Source of the DNA: an uncultured archaeon | GTDB lineage: Archaea > Thermoplasmatota > Thermoplasmata > Thermoplasmatales > Thermoplasmataceae | Length of the DNA: 64,000 bases | Direction of reading: 5' to 3' | Assembly: GCA_000965745.1 (NCBI GenBank) | Contig: CP009479.1 | Location: forward strand, 1,024,001-1,088,000 | Shown: positions 10,723-20,056 of the stretch, piece by piece | How positions within the stretch are numbered: the stretch's first letter is position 1 | Layout of the letters: every line of letters starts with the position of its first letter | Made by a program: the position numbers and the translations under genes | The notes under the pieces: generated by a model | What the model was told of the DNA's origin: nothing | What the model saw: the letters and a program-made list of their open reading frames with translations, nothing else | The model's database searches: none

Positions 10723-12312
10723 TTACACCTTCATCTCTTCGTTATGGACCACCTCAATCAAGTTCATTGAATCGCTGTTGACAGAGGCTTCGAATGCCTT
10801 TTTGAAATCATCTTCAGACTCGGCCCTGAAATAGCTCATCCCAAAACTCTTTGCAAGTAGGGAGAGGTCGGGATTTGAAAAGAACACGTTTGAAACAGGG
10901 AGTCCGGACATCATCTGATGCTCTGCTATAAGGCTGTACCGCCCGTCATTGAACACTATGGCGGTGAAGTTTGTGCCGATCCTCCTGGCGGTTTCAAGTT
11001 CCTGGACATTCATAAGGAACCCTCCATCTCCGGCCACTACAACTACCGGGTCCTCCGGCTTTGCAAGCTTGCATGCTATGGCGCCAGGGACTGATCCGCC
11101 CATAGATGCAAAACCGTTGAAGACAATGGTCTTTCCAGGGCTCTTTGGCTGATACCACCTTGATACCCAGACCTTGTGGAGCCCCACATCACTGATAAGG
11201 AATGCATTTTCCGGCATTGCTTCATTGAGATGCCACATCACTTTTCTGGGGAGTTCCTCGAACTTGTTAGGGACTGTTGTGAGTTCCTTCAGCCTTCTTT
11301 CCCTTATCTGGTCATGCACACTTGTATCCTCCCTTCTCTTGATGTGGGCGGAAAGGCTATTGAGTATGAGCTTCAGGTTTCCAACAACGTCAAGCTCTAT
11401 GGGAAAATGCTCATCTGTTTCCAAAGAAACTGTATGGATGTTGATTATCTTCCTCTTCCTGTCGGCATTCCAGTTGATTGGGTCGTATTCCACAAGGTCG
11501 AATCCGACTGCGATGACAAGATCCGCAGCGTGGAGTGGCCTCAAACCTACCGGGTATGGCACACCCCCAACGCTGAAAAGGTTCCGTGGGTGGTCGAAGG
11601 GCAGTATTCCTTTTGACATAAAGGTATTGACCATTGGGATATTGGTCTGGTCTATGAAGGCCTTAAGCTCTTTCCAGGCTCTTGACCTGATCACGCCGTT
11701 TCCTGCAAGGACAATGGGGTTTTCTGCCTTCATTATCTCTGCTGCAACAGCTTCATATGTCTGCTTTTCAGGCTCCACTGGAAACTGGTACAGGTGTGGC
11801 AGGGGCTCTCCAGTGGTTTCCTCCTTTGCTATATTTTCAGGCAGCTGTATATGGACAGCCCCTGGTGTTGTGTGAGTCGTCAGGTGAACACCCTTCCTTA
11901 TAATTTCGGGAATGGTGGATGCGTCCATAACTGGCTGGTTGTACTTGGTTATGCCGGAGAACAGTTTTATTGTGTCAACGTTCTGGTGTGATTCCTTGTG
12001 TAGCCTTGTAGTTTGAGCCTGTGCAGTGATGGCCAGAAGAGGTACTTTGTCGAGATGTGCATTCGCAACCCCGGTAAGAAGGTTGGTCGCTCCGGGCCCA
12101 AGTGTAGAGAGGCACACTCCTGGATTGCCGGTTATCCTCCCGTAGACGTCAGCCATGAACGCGGCACCCTGTTCATGCCTGGTTACAATGAATTTGATGT
12201 CTGATTTTGATATTGAGTCCACGAGGTCAATATTTTCTTCCCCAGGAAGCCCGAAGATATATTTTACGCCTTCAGCCTCCATGCATTTGACAAAAAGGTC
12301 ACTTGCTTTCAT
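10723..12312 (-). CDS. acetolactate synthase large subunit-like ThDP enzyme
   Basis: FGLPGEEN, RHEQGAAFMA, GDGGFLMN...N ThDP motif. No small subunit gene nearby. Confidence 0.88.
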   Translation of the reverse strand: MKASDLFVKCMEAEGVKYIFGLPGEENIDLVDSISKSDIKFIVTRHEQGAAFMADVYGRITGNPGVCLSTLGPGATNLLTGVANAHLDKVPLLAITAQAQTTRLHKESHQNVDTIKLFSGITKYNQPVMDASTIPEIIRKGVHLTTHTTPGAVHIQLPENIAKEETTGEPLPHLYQFPVEPEKQTYEAVAAEIMKAENPIVLAGNGVIRSRAWKELKAFIDQTNIPMVNTFMSKGILPFDHPRNLFSVGGVPYPVGLRPLHAADLVIAVGFDLVEYDPINWNADRKRKIINIHTVSLETDEHFPIELDVVGNLKLILNSLSAHIKRREDTSVHDQIRERRLKELTTVPNKFEELPRKVMWHLNEAMPENAFLISDVGLHKVWVSRWYQPKSPGKTIVFNGFASMGGSVPGAIACKLAKPEDPVVVVAGDGGFLMNVQELETARRIGTNFTAIVFNDGRYSLIAEHQMMSGLPVSNVFFSNPDLSLLAKSFGMSYFRAESEDDFKKAFEASVNSDSMNLIEVVHNEEMKV

Positions 12313-12424
12313 TGCTTCTCATGGGGTAAGTGAAAGGAAGTTTAAAACGATCAGGACATACAGTATGGATTCTGACATACAACAGAAAAATAGTAAGAAA
12401 TAGTTTGACATAATGTAACTGTGG

Positions 12425-12508
12425 GTCGGGGTAGCCTAGCCTGGTAAGGCGATAGACTCGAGATCTATTGCGCTTGTTCGCTCGGGAGTTCGAATCTCCC
12501 CCCCGGCG
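12425..12508 (+). tRNA. tRNA-Ser(CGA)
   Basis: Acceptor GTCGGGG/CCCCGGC, anticodon arm ATAGA-CT-CGA-GA-TCTAT, long variable arm, GTTCGAATC T-loop, discriminator G. No encoded CCA. Confidence 0.96.
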
Positions 12509-12521
12509 CTTATGTTTGTAA

Positions 12522-12698
12522 TCAAACAGTTTCATACAACCTCTGTTCTTTAAGCCAACTCATCTCCCAGAAATATTCAGCAGATACTTCAGAGAATCCT
12601 TTTCTTCTTCTAGCGATGTAGATGGCAACCGCTATTGTAATGATCATCAGAATAATCGTCGATGAGTCCAGAATTCGGAATACAGAGTTCTTCTTCAT
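12522..12698 (-). CDS. putative 58-aa single-pass membrane protein (below ORF-track cutoff)
   Basis: Manual translation MKKNSVFRILDSSTIILMIITIAVAIYIARRRKGFSEVSAEYFWEMSWLKEQRLYETV: a hydrophobic helix followed by RRRK. Confidence 0.55.
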   Translation of the reverse strand: MKKNSVFRILDSSTIILMIITIAVAIYIARRRKGFSEVSAEYFWEMSWLKEQRLYETV

Positions 12699-12860
12699 CC
12701 ATAAGAATAAAAATTTACATCCGCAGATAACTGCGGCACCTAATTTGTATTCAAGTTACAAAAGTAAATGATTCTTGCGTTGTTTACCAAGTCTTGAAGA
12801 TTCCGTCATATAAACGAAAATAATGGACAAATTACTAAATTTATTCATGTTTTTTCCAAA

Positions 12861-12896
12861 TTTCTGTTTCAAAATAGATCTTTTTAAATACAGAAA
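12861..12896. promoter_or_regulatory. 36-bp imperfect inverted repeat overlapping the TATA box of the Lrp gene; candidate operator
   Basis: TTTCTGTttcaaaat-AGATCT-ttttaaatACAGAAA, 11/15 arm matches; TTTTAAATA lies about 25 nt upstream of ATG 12912. Confidence 0.5.
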
Positions 12897-12911
12897 AAAA
12901 CTTTTAGCTTG

Positions 12912-13355
12912 ATGCAGGACAAACTTGACAAGAAAGATGTTCAAATTCTTAGATATCTTACAGAACACGGAAGGGATAAGATATCTGAGATATCAAACAA
13001 CCTTGGAATCCCAAGGGCAACTGTTTTCGAAAGAATGGAACGCTTGCGCAAAGAAGGTTATATAAAGCAGTACACGGTAAAAGTAGACTATGAAAAGATT
13101 GGGTACCCCATTCTCGCCTACATACTGATTAACTTCGACTTTCATTCAGACATAGACCAGACTGAACTTGCAAGGGAACTGGGAAAGCTGGAGAATGTCA
13201 TATCTGCATCAGTGATTGCTGGCGGATGGGACATCCTCCTCATGACAGTTCACAGGAGCATGAAGGAACTTTCCAATTTTGTTCTTGGAAAGTTGAGATC
13301 GATGGAAGGTATAGAGAAGACTCTGTCAGTTCCGATTTTTGATCTCGTCAAGTAA
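12912..13355 (+). CDS. Lrp/AsnC family transcriptional regulator
   Basis: LDKKDVQIL...HTH...RLRKEGYIKQY, followed by a RAM domain (AGGWDIL). Confidence 0.94.
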   Translation: MQDKLDKKDVQILRYLTEHGRDKISEISNNLGIPRATVFERMERLRKEGYIKQYTVKVDYEKIGYPILAYILINFDFHSDIDQTELARELGKLENVISASVIAGGWDILLMTVHRSMKELSNFVLGKLRSMEGIEKTLSVPIFDLVK

Positions 13356-13408
13356 TCCCTGTACCTGCATAAACCCTTAAATAAACTTCAAAGATTAAGA
13401 CCGAGTTA

Positions 13409-13492
13409 GCTGGGATAGCCTAGCCTGGTAGGGCGCAGGTCTGGAAAACCTGTTCTCTCACGAGATCGGGAGTTCAAATCTCCCTCCCAGCG
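13409..13492 (+). tRNA. tRNA-Ser(GGA)
   Basis: Acceptor GCTGGGA/TCCCAGC, CAGGT-CT-GGA-AA-ACCTG, variable arm, GTTCAAATC. Confidence 0.96.
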
Positions 13493-13722
13493 CTACTTCA
13501 GGGTCTTGTTCTCGAGTTTTACCTCCACCAAGGTTCGCCTCATGATTAGTGCGGTTAAAGAGGAATTATATAGGGGATCTAAAATGAAGTTCTCGGAACA
13601 TTTCCCATACTTTTTAAACAAAAATTGAGCAGGAAATACCCTTCCGAAACGGAGGAGATGATGTCACTTTGCCGATCCGGTTCCGGGATTTGCTGCTGTC
13701 TTACGGCCTAACCCAATGCTGA

Positions 13723-13971
13723 CTATCGATGTTTCTGGACTGCACATACTACTGTTATGATGATGATTCCTCCTTCTAGGGCATAATGGGTGGCTGCCAG
13801 ATTGAAAAAAGCATGCGATAATGTGACCCCTAATTGGTTCGATCCCTAGGGAATTCCCGAATGCAAAAGAGCCTCAAAGACAGCAAAGAAGAAACCTAGG
13901 GCAGCCACAAATACAGTAAGCAGAAATAACACCCAGTTCAGCCTCAGATCCCTCACAATAACCCAAACCAC
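13723..13971 (-). pseudogene. small hydrophobic ORF interrupted by one in-frame TAG (13846-13848)
   Basis: Manual translation MVWVIVRDLRLNWVLFLLTVFVAALGFFFAVFEALLHSGIP*GSNQLGVTLSHAFFNLAATHYALEGGIIIITVVCAVQKHR*. Confidence 0.35.
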
Positions 13972-14083
13972 TTAGATATGATTGTACTCCCAATTCCATG
14001 ACCTTTTTGGCAAAAGAAGAAGCCCTGCCGATTTACGTTGACCTAGGCAAGGTTCATGTATAAACAAATGTTAATACTACCAA

Positions 14084-14464
14084 ATGGTCAAAGGCCTGCC
14101 CATCAAAGACGTTCTCAACAGGAACCATCCTCTTTCCCCGCTCTCAGACCGGGTGCTCATAACTCTTACAATCTTTGTAATAAGTGTAATAATAGCAACA
14201 CTTGTTGTCAAGATATCAGAAGGCTGGACACTGGTCAACTCGTTTTACTATATTGCGATGATTACAACAACTAATGGAGCTCCATTCCCCCCTACGAACC
14301 CTGGAGTTGTAATCTTCACATCGTTTTGGGCATACTTCTCCTTTATCCTCCTTGCCACATTAGTCGTAAATGCCTTCGGGCCACTCATAGGTTATCTGAT
14401 AAACGAGGGTGTAACTTATATAAAGAAAGCTGAACAGGCCCTGGAACATCCAAGGGGCAAGTAA
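14084..14464 (+). CDS. minimal KcsA-like (Ion_trans_2) pore-domain protein with atypical filter
   Basis: TM - EGWTLVNSFYYIAMITTTNGAPFPP (pore helix and filter position) - TM. Confidence 0.75.
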   Translation: MVKGLPIKDVLNRNHPLSPLSDRVLITLTIFVISVIIATLVVKISEGWTLVNSFYYIAMITTTNGAPFPPTNPGVVIFTSFWAYFSFILLATLVVNAFGPLIGYLINEGVTYIKKAEQALEHPRGK

Positions 14465-14535
14465 AAAAGGAAAAACCGTGAAGAACAGTGCATTCGAAAG
14501 CCACTAAATACCAGAACTGCATCGTACTATCCTAA

Positions 14536-15549
14536 ATGAGGAAAAGAGAAAGGGTTGGTGTAATTGATACCCATACTGAGGGAGAGCCAACTAGGATACT
14601 GATAAGAGATAAACTGCCGGAAGGCTGTAGCAACGCGGTTGAAGCAAGGGAGCATTTCAGGGTGAATGAAGATTACATTAGAACGGCAATACTTCAGGAA
14701 CCAAGGGGACACATGGACCAGTTCGGCTCTGTCGTTTACCCTTCGAATGACGATGAAACTGATTTCACGCTGTTTTTCACAACCACTACTGGTTATCTGG
14801 ACATGTGCGCCCATGCCACAATTGGTACAACCACGGCGCTTGTGTTCAAAGGGCTGATAGAAGCAGACGAGTCTGTGCGAAAGGTGAGGTACGATACTCC
14901 TGCGGGAAAAGTGGAAGTTGAAGTGAGCATAGTGGATGGAGATGCAGAATCTGTTACTCTTAGGAACGTCCCTTCTTTCAGCATGGGCAAGAAGAAAGTG
15001 TATGTAGATGCTCCAGTAGGCGGAAACATTTGTGTGGACCTGGCGTTCGGCGGAAACTTCTATGCCATAGTCGACTCCAGCGAATTGGATCTTGAAGTTG
15101 AAGAGTCCAGCATCGAGCCGCTCAGAAAAGCAGGATCTGCAATAAGCAAGGCTGTGCATGAGCAGATTAACCCGAAGCACCCTGAAAACCCCGATATAAG
15201 CCCGGTGCCGCTTACCATGATCACGGGCAAGCCCCTTCTCTCAGATGATCATTACAGGAACATCGTAGTGTTTCCAAGTGGAAGCTTTGACAGATCGCCA
15301 TGCGGAACCGGCACATCAGCCAGATCTGCAGTTCTTTTCCGCGACGGCGCCCTAGGGATGGGGGAATCATTCGTTCATGAATCTATCACGAACACAACAT
15401 TCAAATGCAGAATCGTTGGCAAAACGAAGGTTGGAAAATATGGTTCAGTTATTCCGGAAGTGACGGGAAGGGCATGGGTAACACAGCTTTCTGAAATTGT
15501 AATTGATGAGAGCGACCCTCTAAAGCACGGGTTTCTCATCGGAAAATAA
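14536..15549 (+). CDS. proline racemase / hydroxyproline epimerase family protein
   Basis: DTHTEGEPTR, EPRGH, MCAH and DRSPCGTG (both catalytic Cys present), GGNFYA. Confidence 0.93.
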   Translation: MRKRERVGVIDTHTEGEPTRILIRDKLPEGCSNAVEAREHFRVNEDYIRTAILQEPRGHMDQFGSVVYPSNDDETDFTLFFTTTTGYLDMCAHATIGTTTALVFKGLIEADESVRKVRYDTPAGKVEVEVSIVDGDAESVTLRNVPSFSMGKKKVYVDAPVGGNICVDLAFGGNFYAIVDSSELDLEVEESSIEPLRKAGSAISKAVHEQINPKHPENPDISPVPLTMITGKPLLSDDHYRNIVVFPSGSFDRSPCGTGTSARSAVLFRDGALGMGESFVHESITNTTFKCRIVGKTKVGKYGSVIPEVTGRAWVTQLSEIVIDESDPLKHGFLIGK

Positions 15550-15563
15550 TGACAGGTTTGCTT

Positions 15564-16715
15564 TCACACCAACGCTGCCCCTTCTGCCAGGGACCTTAGC
15601 TTTTTAACCGCCACCTGGTATGTTATATTGTCCTGCCATGAGAAGGTCTCAAACCCGCAATCTGTGCCTCCAAGAACTCTTTCGGGCCCGATCTCATCAA
15701 TCTCGGCAAGTGATTTGAGTTTTAGGGCAACTGCCTCGGGAGACTCTACAAATGGCGTTTTGACATCAATTACTCCTGCAGCTATGTTGAGTTGTTTAGG
15801 CCACCCATGTTCTCTGGCATAATTCCTTATTATCAGCGGATCACCGGCATGCCTGGGGTTTGCCATTTCTCCAACTAAAGTGCCGGCCTTGAGTTTCACG
15901 AGCTCAGGCAGTATATTCCCGTAGTGCGGATCGATTGTATGTGCACCTGAATAATTGCCGTAGCAGTAGTGCACCCTTACCCTGTCCTGAGGCAGGCCCG
16001 CTATAGCTTCATTTATGGCTTCCACGTGATATGGCAATGCATCGTTGAACTCAAATCCCCATGGGTCCTTGAAAATTGAGCCAACACCGATATCAGGGGC
16101 ATCAATCTGAAGGTCAACACCATCAACTGAGAGTATAGCCCTGTATTCCTTTGCGAGTTCCTTGGACAGGTCAAACAGAAACTCGTTGTGGTCCTTGTAT
16201 ACTCCCTTTCCTGTGTAGAATAGTGTGAGTATTCCAGGCGAGGGGGCATTCAGGAAGATCCTCTCAGCACCCTCTTCCTTTGCCAGCTTGACAAAGTCCT
16301 CAGCCTCTTTCTTCGCAAGCTTTTCCCCTGTGTACTGGAGCTTGTCCTCTATCTTGTCAAAGGCAAAGGGCGATCCGCCTGCGAATGCCTGGGCGAGTGG
16401 AGGGTTTGATTCCTGGAGCTCGTTGAAGAAATCGTCTCCTATCTGGGATATTATCTTCTCAGTCTTCGAAAATCCACTGAACCTGTTTGGAATGTAGGTG
16501 GTGTACCCTGACTTCCTCTGTTCCCCGTTGCTTATCCATGTGAGCCCCCTTTCTATGCCTCCCGGATGGAGTTGGTCCCTAATCGCTCTCCTCTCTGCCT
16601 TTTCAACAGTATCCCTGTGTTCGTCACTGATTTCCCCCGTTGGGGATTTCTTGAGGAGCTCCTCTATTTCAGGCGTTCTAAAATAGCTTCCAGTCATCGT
16701 GGTCCTAATTGTCAT
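15564..16715 (-). CDS. single-barrel MetE-like (methionine synthase II family) Zn-thiol alkyltransferase
   Basis: TTMTGSY, QIDAP, HYCYGNY, EMANPRH and DCGF supply Zn ligands; the N-terminal folate barrel is absent. Confidence 0.88.
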   Translation of the reverse strand: MTIRTTMTGSYFRTPEIEELLKKSPTGEISDEHRDTVEKAERRAIRDQLHPGGIERGLTWISNGEQRKSGYTTYIPNRFSGFSKTEKIISQIGDDFFNELQESNPPLAQAFAGGSPFAFDKIEDKLQYTGEKLAKKEAEDFVKLAKEEGAERIFLNAPSPGILTLFYTGKGVYKDHNEFLFDLSKELAKEYRAILSVDGVDLQIDAPDIGVGSIFKDPWGFEFNDALPYHVEAINEAIAGLPQDRVRVHYCYGNYSGAHTIDPHYGNILPELVKLKAGTLVGEMANPRHAGDPLIIRNYAREHGWPKQLNIAAGVIDVKTPFVESPEAVALKLKSLAEIDEIGPERVLGGTDCGFETFSWQDNITYQVAVKKLRSLAEGAALV

Positions 16716-16822
16716 GCCTTAAACATGTGGATGTGGCATTTAGAAAGTTTTGATAAATATATTATTGAGGGTAATACCTCACAATGGGTTATTGCCCAAA
16801 GTAAGAATGATAACTGTTTCGA

Positions 16823-17974
16823 TCAGAAGGTTACCGGGAGGCTCTTTACGCCATACACCACAATTCCACCTATCGGTTCAAGTCTGGCATCCTTGTCAAT
16901 TATCAGCCTTCCGATGGAGTTGAACAGGACCTCCAGTGCGATCTTTGCCTCCAATCTTGCGAGTGGCGCGCCCAGGCAAAAGTGAATGCCTTCACCGAAG
17001 GCTATGTGCCTGTTCGGTGACCTTTCCGGATCAAAGGTCTCCGGCTCATTGAATTCAGACGGATCATGGTTCGCAGACCCAATCCAGGCAATCAATGGCT
17101 GGCCTTTCTTCAATTTATGCCCGCCTATTTCAGTATCTTTAGCGCAGGTCCGGAACATTGACTGGACAGGCGATCTGTATCTGAGAACCTCTTCTATTGC
17201 TGATGGGATGAGATCCGGGTTTTCCAGGACTTTCCCGTAGTCTGCAGGATTCCTGTCAAGTGTGAGAATCGCATTGGTTATCAGGTTCGTGGTTGTCTCA
17301 TTCCCTGCTACCAGCAGCAAAACACTGAATCCCAGAAGATCGAAGTGGGACAGTTTCTCGCCATCCACTTCGGCCTCTATCAGTGAGCTTATCAGATCAT
17401 TTCCAGGCTCCTTCCGTTTCTGCTCAATGATTTCGTTGAAATACATCCCCATTGCAATCTGGGGCTCTGAATATTCACCACCTTCGTCTGAGAAATTATC
17501 CCTTGCACCAGAGACAAGCTGATCCGACCATTTCTTGAATTTACCCCTGTCTTCAGGCGGTATTCCAAGCAATTCTGCTATAACAATTACTGGAAGCTGC
17601 CCCGAATAGTCGTTTACAAGATCAAACTTTCCGCTTTCCCTGAACCCGGAAATCAGCTCCTCTGCTATTTCTCTGATTCTCGGGGCAAGCTCGTTGACTC
17701 TTTTGGGCGTGAAAGCCTTTGAAACCAGGGACCTGAGTTTGGTGTGCCTGGGAGGATCTGAGCTTATGAGGCTGGCACCTATGGGATTCTCTTCAGATCC
17801 GCCCCTCCCCTCAGCTGAGGAGAAATAGGAATAATCTGAAAGCACCCTCTTTACGTCAGGGTATCTGAAAACATGCCAGAATCCGCTCTTGTCATCATAA
17901 AAGACAGGATTTTTCTCCCTCATCATTTCATACCATGGGAATGGATTCAGTGCGTCTCTAGTGATTTTCTCCAT
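16823..17974 (-). CDS. cytochrome P450 (soluble)
   Basis: DPPRH, AGNETT I-helix, EEVLR ExxR, FGEGIHFCLG heme Cys. Confidence 0.97.
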   Translation of the reverse strand: MEKITRDALNPFPWYEMMREKNPVFYDDKSGFWHVFRYPDVKRVLSDYSYFSSAEGRGGSEENPIGASLISSDPPRHTKLRSLVSKAFTPKRVNELAPRIREIAEELISGFRESGKFDLVNDYSGQLPVIVIAELLGIPPEDRGKFKKWSDQLVSGARDNFSDEGGEYSEPQIAMGMYFNEIIEQKRKEPGNDLISSLIEAEVDGEKLSHFDLLGFSVLLLVAGNETTTNLITNAILTLDRNPADYGKVLENPDLIPSAIEEVLRYRSPVQSMFRTCAKDTEIGGHKLKKGQPLIAWIGSANHDPSEFNEPETFDPERSPNRHIAFGEGIHFCLGAPLARLEAKIALEVLFNSIGRLIIDKDARLEPIGGIVVYGVKSLPVTF

Positions 17975-18089
17975 TATACAATTAGTAAATTCACCCGCAA
18001 ATACTTAACTGAATGTGCAAGACCCTGAGGGCTTAACCTGTAAGCTGTTGCTGTTAAGAATCAGTTACTAGTAGATTAATCGAGAAAAA

Positions 18090-18848
18090 ATGAACAAACT
18101 GAAAGGAAAGGTCGCGATAGTTACAGGAGGGGCTTCCGGGATAGGGCGTGCCACAGCCGTACTTTTTTCAGGCGAAGGCTCCACTGTCGTTATCGCTGAC
18201 TTGAAGGACGATGAGGGGTCAAGGGTTGCTGAAGAAATAGGAAAGAATGGTGGAAAGGCCATTTTTGTCCATGTGGATGTATCTGAATCAGATCAGGTCA
18301 AGCAACTGGTAGAAAAGGCAGTCAAGGAGTTCGGCAGGCTCGACGTGATGTTTAACAATGCAGGAATAGAGGGGCCTGTCAAAAGAACAGAGGATTACCC
18401 GGTGGACACCTTTGACAAAGTTATATCAGTAAACATGAAAAGCGTATTTTATGGAATAAAACACTCTGTTGGTGAAATGAGGAAAGCTGGTGGCGGCTCA
18501 ATAATCAATACCGCGTCCATAGCCGGGCTTGTAGGATTCACGAACATGTGCGCCTATACCGCTTCCAAGGGAGGGGTGATACAGCTCACTAAAACCGCTG
18601 CCCTTGAATACGCCAGTGACAGGATCAGGGTGAATGCGATTGCTCCTGGGGTGATAAGCACACCTATGGTTGAACGCGCAGCAGAAGCTGATCCGGAAAT
18701 GATGGAGGGTATTAAGAAAGCGCATCCGCTTGGGAGGATGGGCACCCCGGACGAAATAGCAAAGGCAGCACTGTATCTCGCTTCAGAAGATTCATCTTTT
18801 GTAACAGGAACAGTACTGACCGTGGATGGCGGGTACGTAGCACAGTAA
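18090..18848 (+). CDS. short-chain dehydrogenase/reductase (classical, NAD-type)
   Basis: TGGASGIG, NNAG, YTASK, acidic residue in IADL. Confidence 0.95.
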   Translation: MNKLKGKVAIVTGGASGIGRATAVLFSGEGSTVVIADLKDDEGSRVAEEIGKNGGKAIFVHVDVSESDQVKQLVEKAVKEFGRLDVMFNNAGIEGPVKRTEDYPVDTFDKVISVNMKSVFYGIKHSVGEMRKAGGGSIINTASIAGLVGFTNMCAYTASKGGVIQLTKTAALEYASDRIRVNAIAPGVISTPMVERAAEADPEMMEGIKKAHPLGRMGTPDEIAKAALYLASEDSSFVTGTVLTVDGGYVAQ

Positions 18849-18879
18849 TACCTGAAGATTGGGAGTCGGGACCGGAAAA

Positions 18880-19575
18880 TTATCTGGCCCGAACCTGCAA
18901 ATTTCGTACCCTTGGCTCAAGTAGTGTCCAGAGCCAGTCTACAAATTCCCTCATATTCTTTGTCTGAATGTACACCTCTCCAGGGCCTGTAACGTGGGTT
19001 ACAAACCCTTCGCCGCTCAGGATGGTTTCTTTGAGGCCACCAAATCCTGCCACCCTGTATGTGCAGGTTTCAGTGAATCCCACAAGGTGGAAATTGTCAA
19101 CAACAAGAGTCTCTCCCGCCTCTAGTGTGTGTTTGTCGATTGCGCCAAAGGTGTTAATGAAGAGGTCACCATCTCCATGTACGCGTATCATGAACAGCCC
19201 CTGGCCAAAGAGACCCTTGGTGAACCCTTCCCATTTTACGTCCAGGTCAAGGTCTCCGGTAGAGGCAACAAAAGCGCTCTTCTGTATGATCACTCCTGTT
19301 CCACCTGTGACATCCAACTTATCGATATCACCCACAGGTGCTGAAACGAAGGCAATTTTTCCAGGTCCGGTGTACCGGTTGACAAAGAAGGTCTGACCGC
19401 CGAACAGCTTTAGCCCAAGGGTCCCGAAGAATCCTCTTTCCCTCATTGTAGTCCTGACGTCCACAGTCGGATCCATGTAAGTCATTGCGCCCGCTTCCGC
19501 CGTGATCATATCACCCGCTTCAAGTTTTACGGTGAGCAGAGAGTAGCTTGGCTTGTATTTTATTTCATAATCCAT
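18880..19575 (-). CDS. AIM24 / TIGR00266 family protein
   Basis: AEAGAM, GQGLF, VDNFHLV, SGEG, GPGEVYIQT. ATG at 19575. Confidence 0.88.
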   Translation of the reverse strand: MDYEIKYKPSYSLLTVKLEAGDMITAEAGAMTYMDPTVDVRTTMRERGFFGTLGLKLFGGQTFFVNRYTGPGKIAFVSAPVGDIDKLDVTGGTGVIIQKSAFVASTGDLDLDVKWEGFTKGLFGQGLFMIRVHGDGDLFINTFGAIDKHTLEAGETLVVDNFHLVGFTETCTYRVAGFGGLKETILSGEGFVTHVTGPGEVYIQTKNMREFVDWLWTLLEPRVRNLQVRAR

Positions 19576-19693
19576 GTTCCATTCTAGTTTCAAAATCCAT
19601 ATCTATATTGCGTATCAATAGTAGAGTGTCCGAAGTGCCTAGCAACGTTCTGACAGGGGAAAGTTAACATAGGCCGAATATTAGGGGAAGAAC

Positions 19694-20056
19694 ATGGATC
19701 TTGAAGATTTAAAGGCACACATAACAGATTTCATTGACAAGCGTGACTGGAGACAGTTTCAAACCACGAAGGACCTCGCAGAAAGCGCATCCGTAGAATC
19801 AAATGAACTCCTGGAACTCTTTATTTGGAGGAATGGAAGGGAGATGGATGAGCATCTCAGATCCGAAGAAGGAAATGATATGCTTGAAAACGTGAAAAAT
19901 GAAACCTCTGATGTCCTATTCGCATGTCTTGCCATTGCTGAGCACCTTGGATTCAGCCTTGAAGACGCATTTCTGACAAAACTGAAAGAGCTTGACGAGA
20001 GATATGCAGTTGAAAAGGTCAAGGGAAAAGTCGTGAAAATCCCCTCAAAAAAATAG
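19694..20056 (+). CDS. MazG-like all-alpha nucleotide pyrophosphohydrolase
   Basis: RDWRQF, ESNELLE, ETSD. Confidence 0.85.
   Translation: MDLEDLKAHITDFIDKRDWRQFQTTKDLAESASVESNELLELFIWRNGREMDEHLRSEEGNDMLENVKNETSDVLFACLAIAEHLGFSLEDAFLTKLKELDERYAVEKVKGKVVKIPSKK

Noticed and set aside
11174-11875. Long antisense ORFs (also 7501-8046, 14527-15180, 22232-22819, 28725-29327, 58469-59119)
   Set aside because: Shadow frames opposite well-supported genes, with no protein motifs
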